Below, piece by piece: positions 22,236 through 33,388 of a stretch of DNA of 64,000 nt. Within the stretch, counting starts at the first letter, position 1, and each line of letters begins with the position of its first letter. The stretch comes from an uncultured delta proteobacterium. GTDB lineage: Bacteria; Desulfobacterota; Binatia; JACPRU01. Below the pieces are notes generated by a model. That model searched no databases. It saw only the letters and a list, made by a program, of their open reading frames with translations, and had not been told where the DNA came from. A program made the translations under genes and the position numbers. The DNA is taken from contig CAVUWD010000010.1 in assembly GCA_963745025.1 (NCBI GenBank), positions 32,001 to 96,000 on the forward strand, given 5' to 3'.

Positions 22236-22889
22236 GTGTCTCGGAGCCCGAGTGGCCGGCCGATCCTGGTCTACGCCGTGGTAATCCTCGCGCTGGGCTG
22301 CCGCTCCGCGCTTGGGCTTAGCGATCAGAGTCGAAGGGCGGAGGCGCAGCAGCTCGCGGATGCGGCCTTCGCCGAGCGCCGAAAGGCCGATCGTCTCGAG
22401 AGCGATTGGGAAGCGACTTACGATAGCGGTATCGAGCTCGCCAAGCGGGCGATCGCGATCGATCCGAGCTTGGCGGAGGGCTACTTCGCCCTGTTCGTCA
22501 ATCTGGGAAGAAAGTCCGAGCGCGCGAGTGTCGCGGCGCAGGCGACGCACATCTCGGAGCTGAAGGAACTCTTGGAGAAAACGCTCGAGCTCGATCCCGA
22601 GCACGCCCATGCCTGGGAAGCCAAAGGAGAGATGCTGATGCGTTTGCCGCGGCTCTTCGGAGGCTCCGAGAAGCAAGGCGAGCAGGCGCTGCGGCGCTCC
22701 GCGGAGCTGGATCGCAAGTGGGCGAAGCCAGTGTTGCGGCTTGCCCAGTATGATTGGAAGAAGGGCCGCCGCGCCGAGGCACGCGCGGAGGCCGAACATG
22801 CCCGCGAGCTCGCCCGCGCGGCGGGTGATGAGGATCTTACGAAGGCGGCCAACGATCTACTGAGGGAGATCGATCTGACGGCTCCCTGA
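22236..22889 (+). CDS. TPR-like exported protein or lipoprotein; start uncertain (22167 or 22236)
   Basis: Hydrophobic leader with LALGC lipobox-like sequence; helical repeats LELDPEHAHAW, LPRLFGGS. Confidence 0.6.
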   Translation: MSRSPSGRPILVYAVVILALGCRSALGLSDQSRRAEAQQLADAAFAERRKADRLESDWEATYDSGIELAKRAIAIDPSLAEGYFALFVNLGRKSERASVAAQATHISELKELLEKTLELDPEHAHAWEAKGEMLMRLPRLFGGSEKQGEQALRRSAELDRKWAKPVLRLAQYDWKKGRRAEARAEAEHARELARAAGDEDLTKAANDLLREIDLTAP

Positions 22890-23371
22890 AGATCGCGCGC
22901 AGCGCCCTCAGCGCCGCGGTCCGGAACGCCCCCAATAGAAAGGCGAGCGGCACTAGCCCGAGCAAGACCGCAGGCTGCAGAAGTACCGCCACGAGACGCC
23001 AGGGCCCCGTCCAGCCTTGCTCCCAATACAAGACGCCGGCGGTCGCTGCCACAAGCCCAGGCCACGGTCCTCGCACCTGCTTGGAAGACCCCGGCGGGCT
23101 CGGTTCGGTAGCCGGGAAGGCGGTTTGGCGAGCTAGGAACGATGCAATCGAGGCAAAGAGCTGCCGCCGAGCCCGTTTCGATCGACAAAAGCCAGCAGCG
23201 GTCGCACACCCGGGCTGCGCACGCGCTGCAGGTGACCGAGGCGACTCCGCCGCACCGGAGGCAGCCCGACGCACGACGCTTCCGATAACGGCGTAGAGCG
23301 ACCGTCGATCGCTGGACTAGCCTCGTCAGCGGCGCCGTCAAAGAACTATCACGTCGAGGAAGTGCCGCCAT
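22837..23371 (-). CDS. Cys-rich (B-box-like zinc finger) membrane protein, split by an apparent +1 frameshift near 23060
   Basis: CxxC-x7-CxxC-x4-CxxC...CxxC in one frame; two TM helices in the adjacent frame. Confidence 0.5.
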
Positions 23372-23556
23372 GTTTCAGAGTATCAAATTTTGCTCATCGT
23401 TTCCGTTTAGCCTGAAACATCATTTCCAAGTCGCCCTTCTTAACACCCCAATTTTCCTAGTGCTTTGTGGCTAATCCCGCCTCAGCAGAGATTGGCGCGC
23501 ATTTCGCTACGCAGATCAGTGCGGAGGGGCTGGACCCGGAAAGAGGGAGAACGAGA

Positions 23557-23922
23557 ATGTCTGGCGTTATTTTTGGCATTGATTGGGATCCCAACTCATT
23601 ACTTGATGCGGACTTCATTCTGCCAGAGCAGCTTGAGGGCGGTAGCGTCGCAAATCGGACGGGCGAGTTCGGCCTACTCTGGGCAGTCTTCACGGATGGG
23701 GTTCAAGCCTACTGCCGCGAGATCCTGAGCGGCTCCACCACGAGCCTCACTTACCGGGAGGTCGAGCGTTGGATCTTCCGCCCGAACTCGGACGCCATCA
23801 CCTCGTTCTCGAGCCTCTGCGAGCTGTTCGGTATCGACGCGCGCCGCATGCGACGGGCGCTGATCTGTTTCCGCGAGCATCCGAGCGAAGGGATTTTCAA
23901 CCTACTCACGATCAACGCGTGA
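23557..23922 (+). CDS. Conserved hypothetical protein (ILPEQ...LLWAV...WIF...SF..LCELFGID family)
   Basis: Coding-like ORF with GAGGGAG RBS; resembles a family I recall as multicopy in Binatia-like genomes. Confidence 0.65.
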   Translation: MSGVIFGIDWDPNSLLDADFILPEQLEGGSVANRTGEFGLLWAVFTDGVQAYCREILSGSTTSLTYREVERWIFRPNSDAITSFSSLCELFGIDARRMRRALICFREHPSEGIFNLLTINA

Positions 23923-24348
23923 GGGAGTGGCTGTCCCCAGCGCCTGGCCGAAGGAGAACTCCACCGAGTTTCCGTCCGGGTCGCGGAGCATGCAGAAATA
24001 GCCGACGATCGGACCGGCGTCCCGCGGCTCGAGCTCCAAGACGCCGTCGGCCCGCGCGACGGCCGCGCGCTCGTCGACGTCTTTCCGGCTCGCGCACGAG
24101 AACCCGAAGTGCGCGAACGAGTTCGGCGCCGAGTGCTCGACGGGACGCCGGATCAGGACGATCACGAAGCGGGAAGGGTCTTTCGTCTCCCCGACCCACA
24201 CCACCCGTCCGCCGTCCGGCTCGACGCGATCGTGGATTACGTCGAGGCTGCAGTACTTGCGATAGAAGGCGACCGTGCGTTCGATGTCCGACGTCCAGAG
24301 CGCGACGTGAGTGAGATGCGGGCGCACTTCGTGAGCGATGCGAGCCAT
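23902..24348 (-). CDS. VOC/glyoxalase family protein
   Basis: LTHVAL..SDIERTVAFY, AHFGFSC, LRDPDGNSVEFS. Confidence 0.88.
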   Translation of the reverse strand: MARIAHEVRPHLTHVALWTSDIERTVAFYRKYCSLDVIHDRVEPDGGRVVWVGETKDPSRFVIVLIRRPVEHSAPNSFAHFGFSCASRKDVDERAAVARADGVLELEPRDAGPIVGYFCMLRDPDGNSVEFSFGQALGTATPSRVDRE

Positions 24349-24447
24349 CGGTAGTCGAGTAGCAAATCCGCGGCGCCCCGACCATTGATTTCATGGTCAG
24401 ACAGAAGCATAAGTTCTCGACGGAAGCGGAAGCAGCTGGCTGGTCAT

Positions 24448-24519
<72 letters not shown>

Positions 24520-24527
24520 CTCACGAG

Positions 24528-24557
24528 AACCCCCGAGATGATCGGGGGTTTTCTTTT
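24528..24557 (+). terminator. Rho-independent terminator after tRNA-Gly
   Basis: AACCCCCGA/TCGGGGGTT stem followed by TTCTTTT. Confidence 0.75.
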
Positions 24558-24599
24558 GCGCGGCGACTGCGTCGTCTTCGTCGCTGGGCAGGGTGCCCG

Positions 24600-24750
24600 G
24601 TAGGTTCTTGGTTTTGTGGCGCCGTCGTCGTTGATCAGCTCATCAAGCTCATCAGCGATGCCGCTCGCCTTCGCATAGTGCTTCTCGATCGCGCGATGCC
24701 AGCAGGTCCGAGGAGGGCCGCAGGTCCACGGGCAACTCGCAGACGGCAAG
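24600..24750 (-). pseudogene. Possible relic of a tyrosine integrase C-terminus
   Basis: Frames read VDLRPSSDLL and (H)RAIEKHYAK, resembling box II LLGH...MIEKHY; adjacent to and pointing at the tRNA. Confidence 0.35.
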
Positions 24751-24769
24751 CTTCACCGGACCTCCTCCT

Positions 24770-25040
24770 TCAGACGATCACCGGCTCGTCGGGCAGCTTG
24801 TTTGCCTGTGTGCCCCGTCGCGGGAACGCCGCCGTCGGATGCTGGCCGACCGCGTGAATACCGCGCACCACGCCGCTCTCGAACTCGTCCCGGCGGAACG
24901 CTCCCTCCATCTGACGGCAGATCGTCTCCCAGGATTCCGTTCCGGCGCGCGCGTGAATGCCGCGGTCGGCGACGATCTCCACGTCGCGGTCCGCGAGTAG
25001 CACGTAGATGAGGACACCATTGTTGTGCTCGGTCTCTCGC
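24770..25040 (-). pseudogene. C-terminal fragment of a TPM-domain protein
   Basis: TEHNNGVLIYVLLADRDVEIVADRGI...NKLPDEPVIV; N-terminus absent. Confidence 0.7.
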
Positions 25041-25900
25041 CGTTTCAGGGGCGTCGCTTCCGACGGCCACGCGAGCCTCATCGGGCTTGGTGTCAGTTAT
25101 GGTGTCACTTGGCAGTGCGTTCAAACGCTGCACCACTTCGAGCTGGTCGTGTTTCGCTGGGGGACTAGAACGCCTCTGTCGTCCTCGCGTTGATCGTCGC
25201 CGTTGCCAGAGTCAACGGTCGCGGCGCTGACATCGATCGCGAGCCGAAGGACCGTGATGGTCTGTGGCATGCGCCGCAGTCGGTGGCCGCCAACGGCGCA
25301 TCGATCTGGATTTCGGTATTACGCGGAGAAGCTGGTCCAAACGCTTGTATCATCGGCATTTTCTCAACGTTTCCGAGGCGATGTAGAAAAGGGATTCCGA
25401 TGCTTCGAAGCTGGACGTCGCCGGTTCGCACCCCAGTCGCGCCTCAGAGCCGCTAGATCAGGCTCGCTGTTTCAGGAGCGTCGCTCCCGACGGCCATGCG
25501 AGCCTCATGGGCTTGGGCAGTCAAGGCGAGACGACAGAGCGTCGCGGCCGTCTCGTCATCCGCCGCCGCATGCCGCAAAAATCTTCATGGTCGAACCTCC
25601 CCCTGTGCCGCGGCGACTACCCCGGCCACCGCGAGCAGAGCCAAGAACGACAATGCACTCCATCCCGGGGTCGGTGGCGTGGCGTCGCAGTCGGTGGCCG
25701 CCAGCGGCGCATGGATCTGGATTTCGGTTTTGGCCGTCTCGCCATCCGCCGCCGCATGCCGCGCGGGCCAGGCGGCAAGGGCGAGGATTAGGGCGCTGAG
25801 CATTATAAGAATCCTCATGGTCGAACCTCTCGCCGTGCCGCGGCGACTACCCCGGCCACTGCGGGCAGAGCCAAAAACGGCAATACGCTCATCCGTCCCG
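25037..25900. repeat. Mosaic of diverged duplicated segments, including a decayed secreted-protein gene on the - strand (start 25818)
   Basis: Repeat pairs ~25037-25090/25463-25516, ~25276-25318/25687-25728, ~25547-25660/25733-25890; MRILIMLSALILALAAW...EIQIHAPLAATDC and a second EIQIDAPLAATDC. Confidence 0.7.
25402..25445 (+). repeat. Degenerate direct repeat of the tRNA-Gly 3' half (att-like site)
   Basis: AAGCTGGACGTCGCCGGTTCG identical to tRNA 24483-24503, followed by diverged CACCCCAGTCGC. Confidence 0.8.
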
Positions 25901-26258
25901 GTCTTCTTCATTCGATCTCCTCCTCGACCGGCAGTCGAAACGACGCCGGTCGTGAGGTTAGGTTGGAGCAAACGTTGGACCATCGATGGAAGGGCGGAAT
26001 ATCCGCGATATTTCAGGGCTCGACGTACGAAAGCGATAATTGTCGCCCCATTCGAGCGTCATAAGATGGACGTCTACAAATAATCGCGCCGTTTGAGATT
26101 AACGACATTACCGCCACGGCAACCAGCTTGTGCTACGAACCCGCTGCGATAGCGATTAGCGGAGTTTTCCAACAGGAAGGGGACAAGCCTACAGTTTGGC
26201 CAGCTCTTCAGGGCGCCGGGGTGGTGTCAGTCGACCGCCGAGCTCGGCGGCATCGTGA

Positions 26259-27341
<1,083 letters not shown>

Positions 27342-27350
27342 AGGCCCCGT

Positions 27351-29210
27351 TTACCCCGCCGTCCAGCCGACCTCACGCAGGAGATACGAGAGGCGGCGCG
27401 GATCGTCGTTCAAACCTTCGCGCTGCGGCACGAAATAGCGAGACGCCTCCAGGTCGATCCGGACGACACCGCCCGCGGCCGGCTCGGCGAGCGGCACCAC
27501 CTGTTCGAAGTCGCCAGGCGGCAGCGGCGCATCCGCGATCAATCGCCCATTGCAGCGCACGCGCAGCGACTGCCCGCGTAGCGAGGCAAACACCTCCGGC
27601 AACGAGCCGCGGATGACGATGTGCTTGCCCGTGCGAGGCAACAACAGGCGTACCGTGGTCGTGGCCCAATCGTCGGCGTACCAGCCTTCCCAACGCACGA
27701 GTGTGCGGAGAACGAACCACTTCCAGATGGGAAACAGCAGGGTGGCCCTGCGGCTGAGGCGCTTCCACATCCACTCTGGAAATCGCCTGCGCAGCACGTT
27801 GAAGAATGTGTCGATGCCGTAGCATAAGTACGCGGGCGGATAGCGCAGTGTCCCGTGACGGCGCATGATACCGACGAGCTCACGAAAACGCGCCAGCCCC
27901 CCACTCGCGGTCTTCGTCGAATCGTACTCCCGCTGAATGGCCATCTCTGCCGGCACGTACGCCAGGTCATACCGCTTGGCGATGCGAATGAATAAGTCCC
28001 AGTCCATTCCCCACTCGAGGCTCTCGTCGAGAAGGCCCACGTCGTCGAGCACGCTGCGCCGCACGTAGACCGTCGGTTGTAGGAGGTAGTCGGAGTAATA
28101 GATGAACTTCCACAGATTGAAGCGGCCCGCCTTCGGAAACGCCCCCTTGATCGAGCCGTCCTCCTCGGCGAGATAGCCGTCCCCGTACACGGCGCCGACT
28201 TGTGGTTGGCGAGCGAAGGCATCGACGGCCATCGATACCGCTCGCGGCATCAGCAGGTCGTCCGAGTTCACCCAACACACGATGTCGCCCCTCGCGCGCT
28301 GAAACCCCTTGTTGATCGCGTGCGATTGGCCGCGGTCGCGCTCGCAGGCCCATACCAACCGGTCGCCGTACTCGGCGACGACGTCGGCGGTCTCGTCGGT
28401 CGAGCCGCCGTCGATGATGAGGTGCTCGATGTGCGGGTAGTCTTGATGGAGCACGCTCTCGATCGTATCGCGGATGAAGCGACCTTGATTGAACGACGGA
28501 GTGACCACCGTGACGAGCGGTCCGTCCACCTCCCGCTTGCGGTTCGCGTAGCCGAAGCGGCGCATCGCGCCGCCGTGTCGAGCCCAGAACAGATCTTCCA
28601 GCTCGGCTGACATTTGGCCGCGGTGACCGCCGATTCGTCCTTCGCGGAAGCCGCCGGGCGACCATCGACGCAAATCCGTGAACGAGGGAACCACCCCACC
28701 GATCGACGGCATGCGAATGCCGAGGGCTTGCAACGCCTCGTTCAAGACCGGGATAGGATCGGCGATGAGGTCCTCGAAGCGGATGTGAGCCGTCGGCGCC
28801 TTGCGCCGACCCCAAACGAGCGCGTGCCGGCCCCACCCGCCGAAGTAGGCGTCGGTGCAAACGAGCTCCCGGAGGACGCTCGCGAAGAGGTCCGGCGACG
28901 ATGGATCGACGTGCTTCTTCTCGTACTCTAGAACGAAACGCGCGTAGGAGACGAGCGAATCGCGACCGTCGCGCACGACGTGGATCGCTCGATGGTCGTC
29001 CTGCCCAGGGAGCTCATGGGTCTTGACGAGGAACAGTTCGGGAGACGGTGCCATCTCGGCGAGACGCCGCGGGCTCGCGAGCCCCGCGTTGATCTCCTTG
29101 TCCGCGGTCTCCTCGTAGATCGAATAGGTCGCGCGCCCGAACAGCCTGCCGAACAGAACGCGGAGAAAGGTATTCCCGGAGCGCGGGTACGACGCCAACC
29201 AGAGAATCAA
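27351..29210 (-). CDS. Sulfotransferase-glycosyltransferase family 2 fusion protein
   Basis: 5'-PSB LASYPRSGNT, KTHE, 3'-PB VRDGRDSLVS; GT2 VTVVTPSFNQ...IIDGGSTD...WVNSDD. Confidence 0.88.
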   Translation of the reverse strand: MILWLASYPRSGNTFLRVLFGRLFGRATYSIYEETADKEINAGLASPRRLAEMAPSPELFLVKTHELPGQDDHRAIHVVRDGRDSLVSYARFVLEYEKKHVDPSSPDLFASVLRELVCTDAYFGGWGRHALVWGRRKAPTAHIRFEDLIADPIPVLNEALQALGIRMPSIGGVVPSFTDLRRWSPGGFREGRIGGHRGQMSAELEDLFWARHGGAMRRFGYANRKREVDGPLVTVVTPSFNQGRFIRDTIESVLHQDYPHIEHLIIDGGSTDETADVVAEYGDRLVWACERDRGQSHAINKGFQRARGDIVCWVNSDDLLMPRAVSMAVDAFARQPQVGAVYGDGYLAEEDGSIKGAFPKAGRFNLWKFIYYSDYLLQPTVYVRRSVLDDVGLLDESLEWGMDWDLFIRIAKRYDLAYVPAEMAIQREYDSTKTASGGLARFRELVGIMRRHGTLRYPPAYLCYGIDTFFNVLRRRFPEWMWKRLSRRATLLFPIWKWFVLRTLVRWEGWYADDWATTTVRLLLPRTGKHIVIRGSLPEVFASLRGQSLRVRCNGRLIADAPLPPGDFEQVVPLAEPAAGGVVRIDLEASRYFVPQREGLNDDPRRLSYLLREVGWTAG

Positions 29211-29265
29211 GTCGACATTTCTCCAGGGAGCTCCATATCGGAATCGCCGACCGCGCGAAACAGAC

Positions 29266-29460
29266 TCAGTTGACGCCCGCCGAGGACGTCACGCGCAGCA
29301 CTTCCTCGATCGTCGTCCACCCTTGCCGGACCTTCTCGAGGCCGCCGCGGCGAAGCGTCGTCATACCGAGGGCGATCGCGCGCTTGCGCAGCTCGTCCGT
29401 CGTGGCCAGCGCCATCACCAAGCTCCGCATCTCCTCGGCCATGGCGAGCACCTCGTTAGA
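29266..29460 (-). pseudogene. C-terminal fragment of a GspE/PilB secretion ATPase
   Basis: GMTTLRRGGLEKVRQGWTTIEEVLRVT C-terminal signature; rest of gene absent. Confidence 0.75.
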
Positions 29461-29561
29461 AGGCGAGCCCGAGGGCTGATAGAGCACTAGCCGAACGCTA
29501 GCAGGAAGCACCTCGTCAGGAGGATTGTCCCAAGCTCTCTCTTTTTGTGAGACACTAGACG

Positions 29562-30302
29562 ATGCGTACCGTCTGCATGCTGAACTCTGGAGAAGTCCAC
29601 GTCTGGTGCGCCCGCCCCGAAGAGGTTGGGGGCGAGGCTGACGGTCGTCGGCTGCTTGCCGCCGACGAGCTCGAACGCTCGGCCCGCTATCGCTTCGAGT
29701 GTGACAAGCGCATGGCCGTGGCCACCCGAGTGCTCTTGCGGACGGTGCTGTCGCGGTACGAGGCGGTCGCACCATCCGACTGGCGCTTCTTCGTCGAGGG
29801 GTACGGTCGTCCGGTTATCGCCGACGGCCGTAGCTCGCTTCGCTTCAGTCTGTCGAAGACGGAGGGGCTCATTGCCTGTGCCGTGGCGCGCACGGTGGAT
29901 CTGGGCGTCGATGTCGAGTGCCTGAGACGAAGGGCGCCGCTGGAAGTGGCCGACCGCTTCTTTGCCCCGGCCGAGGTAGCGGCGCTCCGCGCTCTGCCCG
30001 AGCCGGTGCGGCAGGGCCGCTTTTTCGACTACTGGACCCTCAAGGAGAGCTACGTCAAGGCACGCGGCCTGGGCCTGACGCTGCCGCTTCAGAAGTTCTC
30101 GATTGTTCTCGACGAGGGATCGCCGCGCATCGAGATCGATCCGTCGCTCGGCGACGACGGCGCCCTTTGGCAGCTCGTGCAACTGAGGCCGACGCAAGAG
30201 CACGTCCTGTCGCTTTGCGTGCGCAGGCGGGGAAGGCAAGATGTGAAGGTCGTGCTGCGATGGCATCCGGACACCGCGCTTCCTGCCGAAGCGCGCCCGT
30301 GA
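29562..30302 (+). CDS. Sfp-type 4'-phosphopantetheinyl transferase
   Basis: LRFSLSKT, LGVDVE, YWTLKESYVKARGLGL. Confidence 0.93.
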   Translation: MRTVCMLNSGEVHVWCARPEEVGGEADGRRLLAADELERSARYRFECDKRMAVATRVLLRTVLSRYEAVAPSDWRFFVEGYGRPVIADGRSSLRFSLSKTEGLIACAVARTVDLGVDVECLRRRAPLEVADRFFAPAEVAALRALPEPVRQGRFFDYWTLKESYVKARGLGLTLPLQKFSIVLDEGSPRIEIDPSLGDDGALWQLVQLRPTQEHVLSLCVRRRGRQDVKVVLRWHPDTALPAEARP

Positions 30303-30370
30303 ACAGCTGAGTGGGTCCGCAGCGGCGCGCTCGAGCGCCACTCTCGTTGGTCTCGCCGCGAGTGCAATCG

Positions 30371-33300
30371 ATGGACGACAGGATCAATCTCTTCTACGAA
30401 CAGACGCGGCTTCTCAACGGACGTGAGATCGTCGAGCGACCGCACTGGAACACGCTTGCTTCGGTAGATGCGATCCGGCATTTCGCCTACGGAACCAGCG
30501 ACGACAATCCGCTCTGGCTAGACGAAGCCTACGCCGCAGCCACCCCGCACGGGGGACTCCTGGCGCCTCCGGCCTTCGTCTGCTCGGTTCTCTATCCCTT
30601 CCTGCACGGGGCCGCCGTGGACGCGCCATTGGTAAGCCTCATCGGCGAGATCTCGGTCGATTGGTTTCGTACCATCCGAGCGGGCGACCGCTTACGGGCG
30701 ACTTCGCGGCAGACCGACGTCACGGAAGCGTTGGATCGCCGCGGGCGGCGCATCTTCTTCGTCCTCGCGGAGACGACGTACTGGAACCAGGACGATGCAG
30801 TGGCCGCGACGGCCAAGGGCACGATGGTCCGGATCGCGCGTGAGGAGAACGACCTGCTGTTGGATCGGGAGATGAGCCGCTACTCCGAGGGGGAGCGGGA
30901 TGCCCTGCGGCGGGCGATCGAGGACGAGTCGCGCGCCGGGCCGGCATCGCCCACCGGCTCGGACGTGTGGGTAGGTATGCCGCTGCCCGTGATGATGCGC
31001 GGTCCGCTCACCATCGGCGATCTCGTTTGCTGGCAGGCAGCGATCGGGCCGTCCTACCGGGCGGGAAGCCTCGGCTATCTCGATGCGGTGAAGGCGCCGC
31101 ATACCGCGGCGGTGAACCCGGTCACCGGCTGGCCGGTCAAGTATTCCCAGCAGCACGAAGACTTCCTCCTCGCGGCGCAGCGGGGCATGCCGGCGCCATT
31201 CGACAACAGTCTCATGCGGTTCGCCTGGATCGCTCCCTTGCTGACGGACTGGATGGGGAACGAAGGCTTCCTGAAACGGCTCAGCGTGCAGACCGGGGCT
31301 CCGCTGATTTACGGGGACGTGACCTGGTATCGCGGCGTCGTCGTTGAAAAGCGCCCGGCAACGACGGGCGATGCGGTCGACGTGCGCATCCGCATCGTCG
31401 GTGTCAATCAACTCGGGGCCACCACGACCACCGGTGAGGCCGTCGTCACGCTTCCAGCTCGACGGCTGGGCCTGCGCCCCCGGCGATCGCCGACACGCGT
31501 CGTCCAACGACGGGAACAACGACGAAACGGAGAAACGCTGCTCGATCGATTTGCCGCGGCCGCGCAGGCGCATGGCGACAAAGCCGCGCTCATCGGACGG
31601 CGGGAGTCGGTCTCTTTCGCCGAGCTGGATGCGCGGTCCGATCGGGTGGCGGCGCGGCTGGCCGCGATGGGTTGCGGGCCCGGCACGGTCGTCGGACTGT
31701 CGTTCCCGCGCGTGCCGGATTTGCTCGTGGCGATGCTCGGTGTGCTCAAAGCGGGGGCCGCGTATCTGCCGCTCGAGTGGGAAGCGGCCGCGGAGCGCAC
31801 ACGGGCCGTTGTCGATGCGGTTGGGCCGGCCGTCGTCATCCACGCGGGGGATGGCGCGCCGGGCGGCGCGGCTTCGGCGGCACGCGACTACGGAGGCAGG
31901 GCGGCGGCGTGGCGGGAGCTCGATGCGCATGACGCGCGCGCGGTTCCGTGGCAACGGAGGAATCCCGAAGAGCGGGATGTGGCCTACGTGATGCCGACTT
32001 CCGGAACTCTGGGGGCGCCGCGCTGTGTCGCGGTGTCTCACGGCAGCCTAACGAGCTACCTCGCGGCGCTCCTGCCGGTATTGGGCCATCGAGCTGACGA
32101 CGTCTGCCTGCAGTCGGCGGCCTTCCATTTCTCCGCTTCCGTTCGGCAGCTCTTTGCCGGCCTGTGCGAGGGTGCCACGCTGGTCATGCTCGACGAGGAG
32201 CAGCGCAAGGATCCGCGCGAGATCATGCGCGCAATCAAGGAGCACGGCGTGACCGTCTGGGATACGGTACCTTCGGTGTGGCAGGCGTGCATCGACACGC
32301 TCCTGCTCATGCCGCCGACGGAGCGAGCAGAGCTGCTCGACAACCGCCTGCGGATCGTCCTGACGACAGGCGAACGGCTCGGCTGGCTTGCTCCGAGGGC
32401 GTGGCGCGACCGGCTGGGCCAGACCAGCCGCATGGTGAACCTCTATTCCCAGACGGAAACCGCTGGCACCACCTGCGCCTTCGAGATCACTCGGATCGAG
32501 GGGGCGGACGACGAGGTCGTGCCGCTGGGCCAATCCCTTGCGGATATCGCCGTCCACGTCATGGATGAAGCGAGGAAGCCGGTTCCCGCCGGAGAGGTCG
32601 GCGAGATCTGCGTGAGTGGCCTGCGGCTCGCCATGGGCTATGTCGGGCAACCGGAACTGACCGCGGAGCGGTTCCCGATCGTGCCTTTCCGGCACGAGGG
32701 CTTCTGTCGCACCGGTGATCTCGGCCGCCTCGACGAGCGAGGTCGTCTCCTGTTCGTCGGGCGGAGTGATCTACGAGTGAAAATCCGCGGGCAGACGGTG
32801 GAGATCGAGGAAGTCGAGCGCGCGCTCGAGACATGCCCTGGGATCGACGGCGCCGTGGTGGTCTGCCGGGACACCGCTGCGCACGCAGCCTCCTTGCTGG
32901 CGTATGTGGTTCCCGAGCAGCGTGAGGAACCACCGGGCACGCACTCGATCCTCGCCCATCTGCGCGGTATCCTCTCCGACGCTGCGCTGCCTTCGGCCAT
33001 CGTCTTCCTCGACGAGTTGCCGAGGAATGCGGCGGGCAAGCTAGACCGTTCCGCGCTTCCGTTGCCGCCAGCTGGGTTGCCCGACTCCGTGGACGAGGCT
33101 GACGATCCGGTCATCGGCGCGGTGCGGCGGCTCTTCCTCGAGGCACTCGAGACGCGGCAACTCGACAACCAGCAGAATTTCTTCGACGCAGGGGGGAACT
33201 CGCTGATGGCGACGCGCGTCGTCGCGCGCCTGCGCCAGCAGTTCGACATCGATCTTCCCCTCAGGCGCTTCTTCGATGCTCCGAGCGTTGCGGGGGTATC

Positions 33301-33379
33301 GAGGGTCGTAGAGGAATTGCTGATCCGCCAGATCGACGCGTTGAGCGAAGACGAGGCGGCAAGACTGCTGAAGGAATGA
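30371..33379 (+). CDS. NRPS-like starter protein: double MaoC/hotdog dehydratase - adenylation - thiolation
   Basis: DAIRHFAYGTSDDNPLW..AYA and second hotdog GPLT...GMPAPFD...LTDWMG...GDVTW; A domain LKAGAAYLPL, TSGTLGAPR, RTGD, NAAGKLDR; T domain FFDAGGNSL. Confidence 0.9.
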   Translation: MDDRINLFYEQTRLLNGREIVERPHWNTLASVDAIRHFAYGTSDDNPLWLDEAYAAATPHGGLLAPPAFVCSVLYPFLHGAAVDAPLVSLIGEISVDWFRTIRAGDRLRATSRQTDVTEALDRRGRRIFFVLAETTYWNQDDAVAATAKGTMVRIAREENDLLLDREMSRYSEGERDALRRAIEDESRAGPASPTGSDVWVGMPLPVMMRGPLTIGDLVCWQAAIGPSYRAGSLGYLDAVKAPHTAAVNPVTGWPVKYSQQHEDFLLAAQRGMPAPFDNSLMRFAWIAPLLTDWMGNEGFLKRLSVQTGAPLIYGDVTWYRGVVVEKRPATTGDAVDVRIRIVGVNQLGATTTTGEAVVTLPARRLGLRPRRSPTRVVQRREQRRNGETLLDRFAAAAQAHGDKAALIGRRESVSFAELDARSDRVAARLAAMGCGPGTVVGLSFPRVPDLLVAMLGVLKAGAAYLPLEWEAAAERTRAVVDAVGPAVVIHAGDGAPGGAASAARDYGGRAAAWRELDAHDARAVPWQRRNPEERDVAYVMPTSGTLGAPRCVAVSHGSLTSYLAALLPVLGHRADDVCLQSAAFHFSASVRQLFAGLCEGATLVMLDEEQRKDPREIMRAIKEHGVTVWDTVPSVWQACIDTLLLMPPTERAELLDNRLRIVLTTGERLGWLAPRAWRDRLGQTSRMVNLYSQTETAGTTCAFEITRIEGADDEVVPLGQSLADIAVHVMDEARKPVPAGEVGEICVSGLRLAMGYVGQPELTAERFPIVPFRHEGFCRTGDLGRLDERGRLLFVGRSDLRVKIRGQTVEIEEVERALETCPGIDGAVVVCRDTAAHAASLLAYVVPEQREEPPGTHSILAHLRGILSDAALPSAIVFLDELPRNAAGKLDRSALPLPPAGLPDSVDEADDPVIGAVRRLFLEALETRQLDNQQNFFDAGGNSLMATRVVARLRQQFDIDLPLRRFFDAPSVAGVSRVVEELLIRQIDALSEDEAARLLKE

Positions 33380-33388
33380 CGAGAGGAG

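Noticed and set aside
25037-25900. CRISPR array
   Set aside because: Repeats are long, diverged and irregularly spaced, and there are no cas genes
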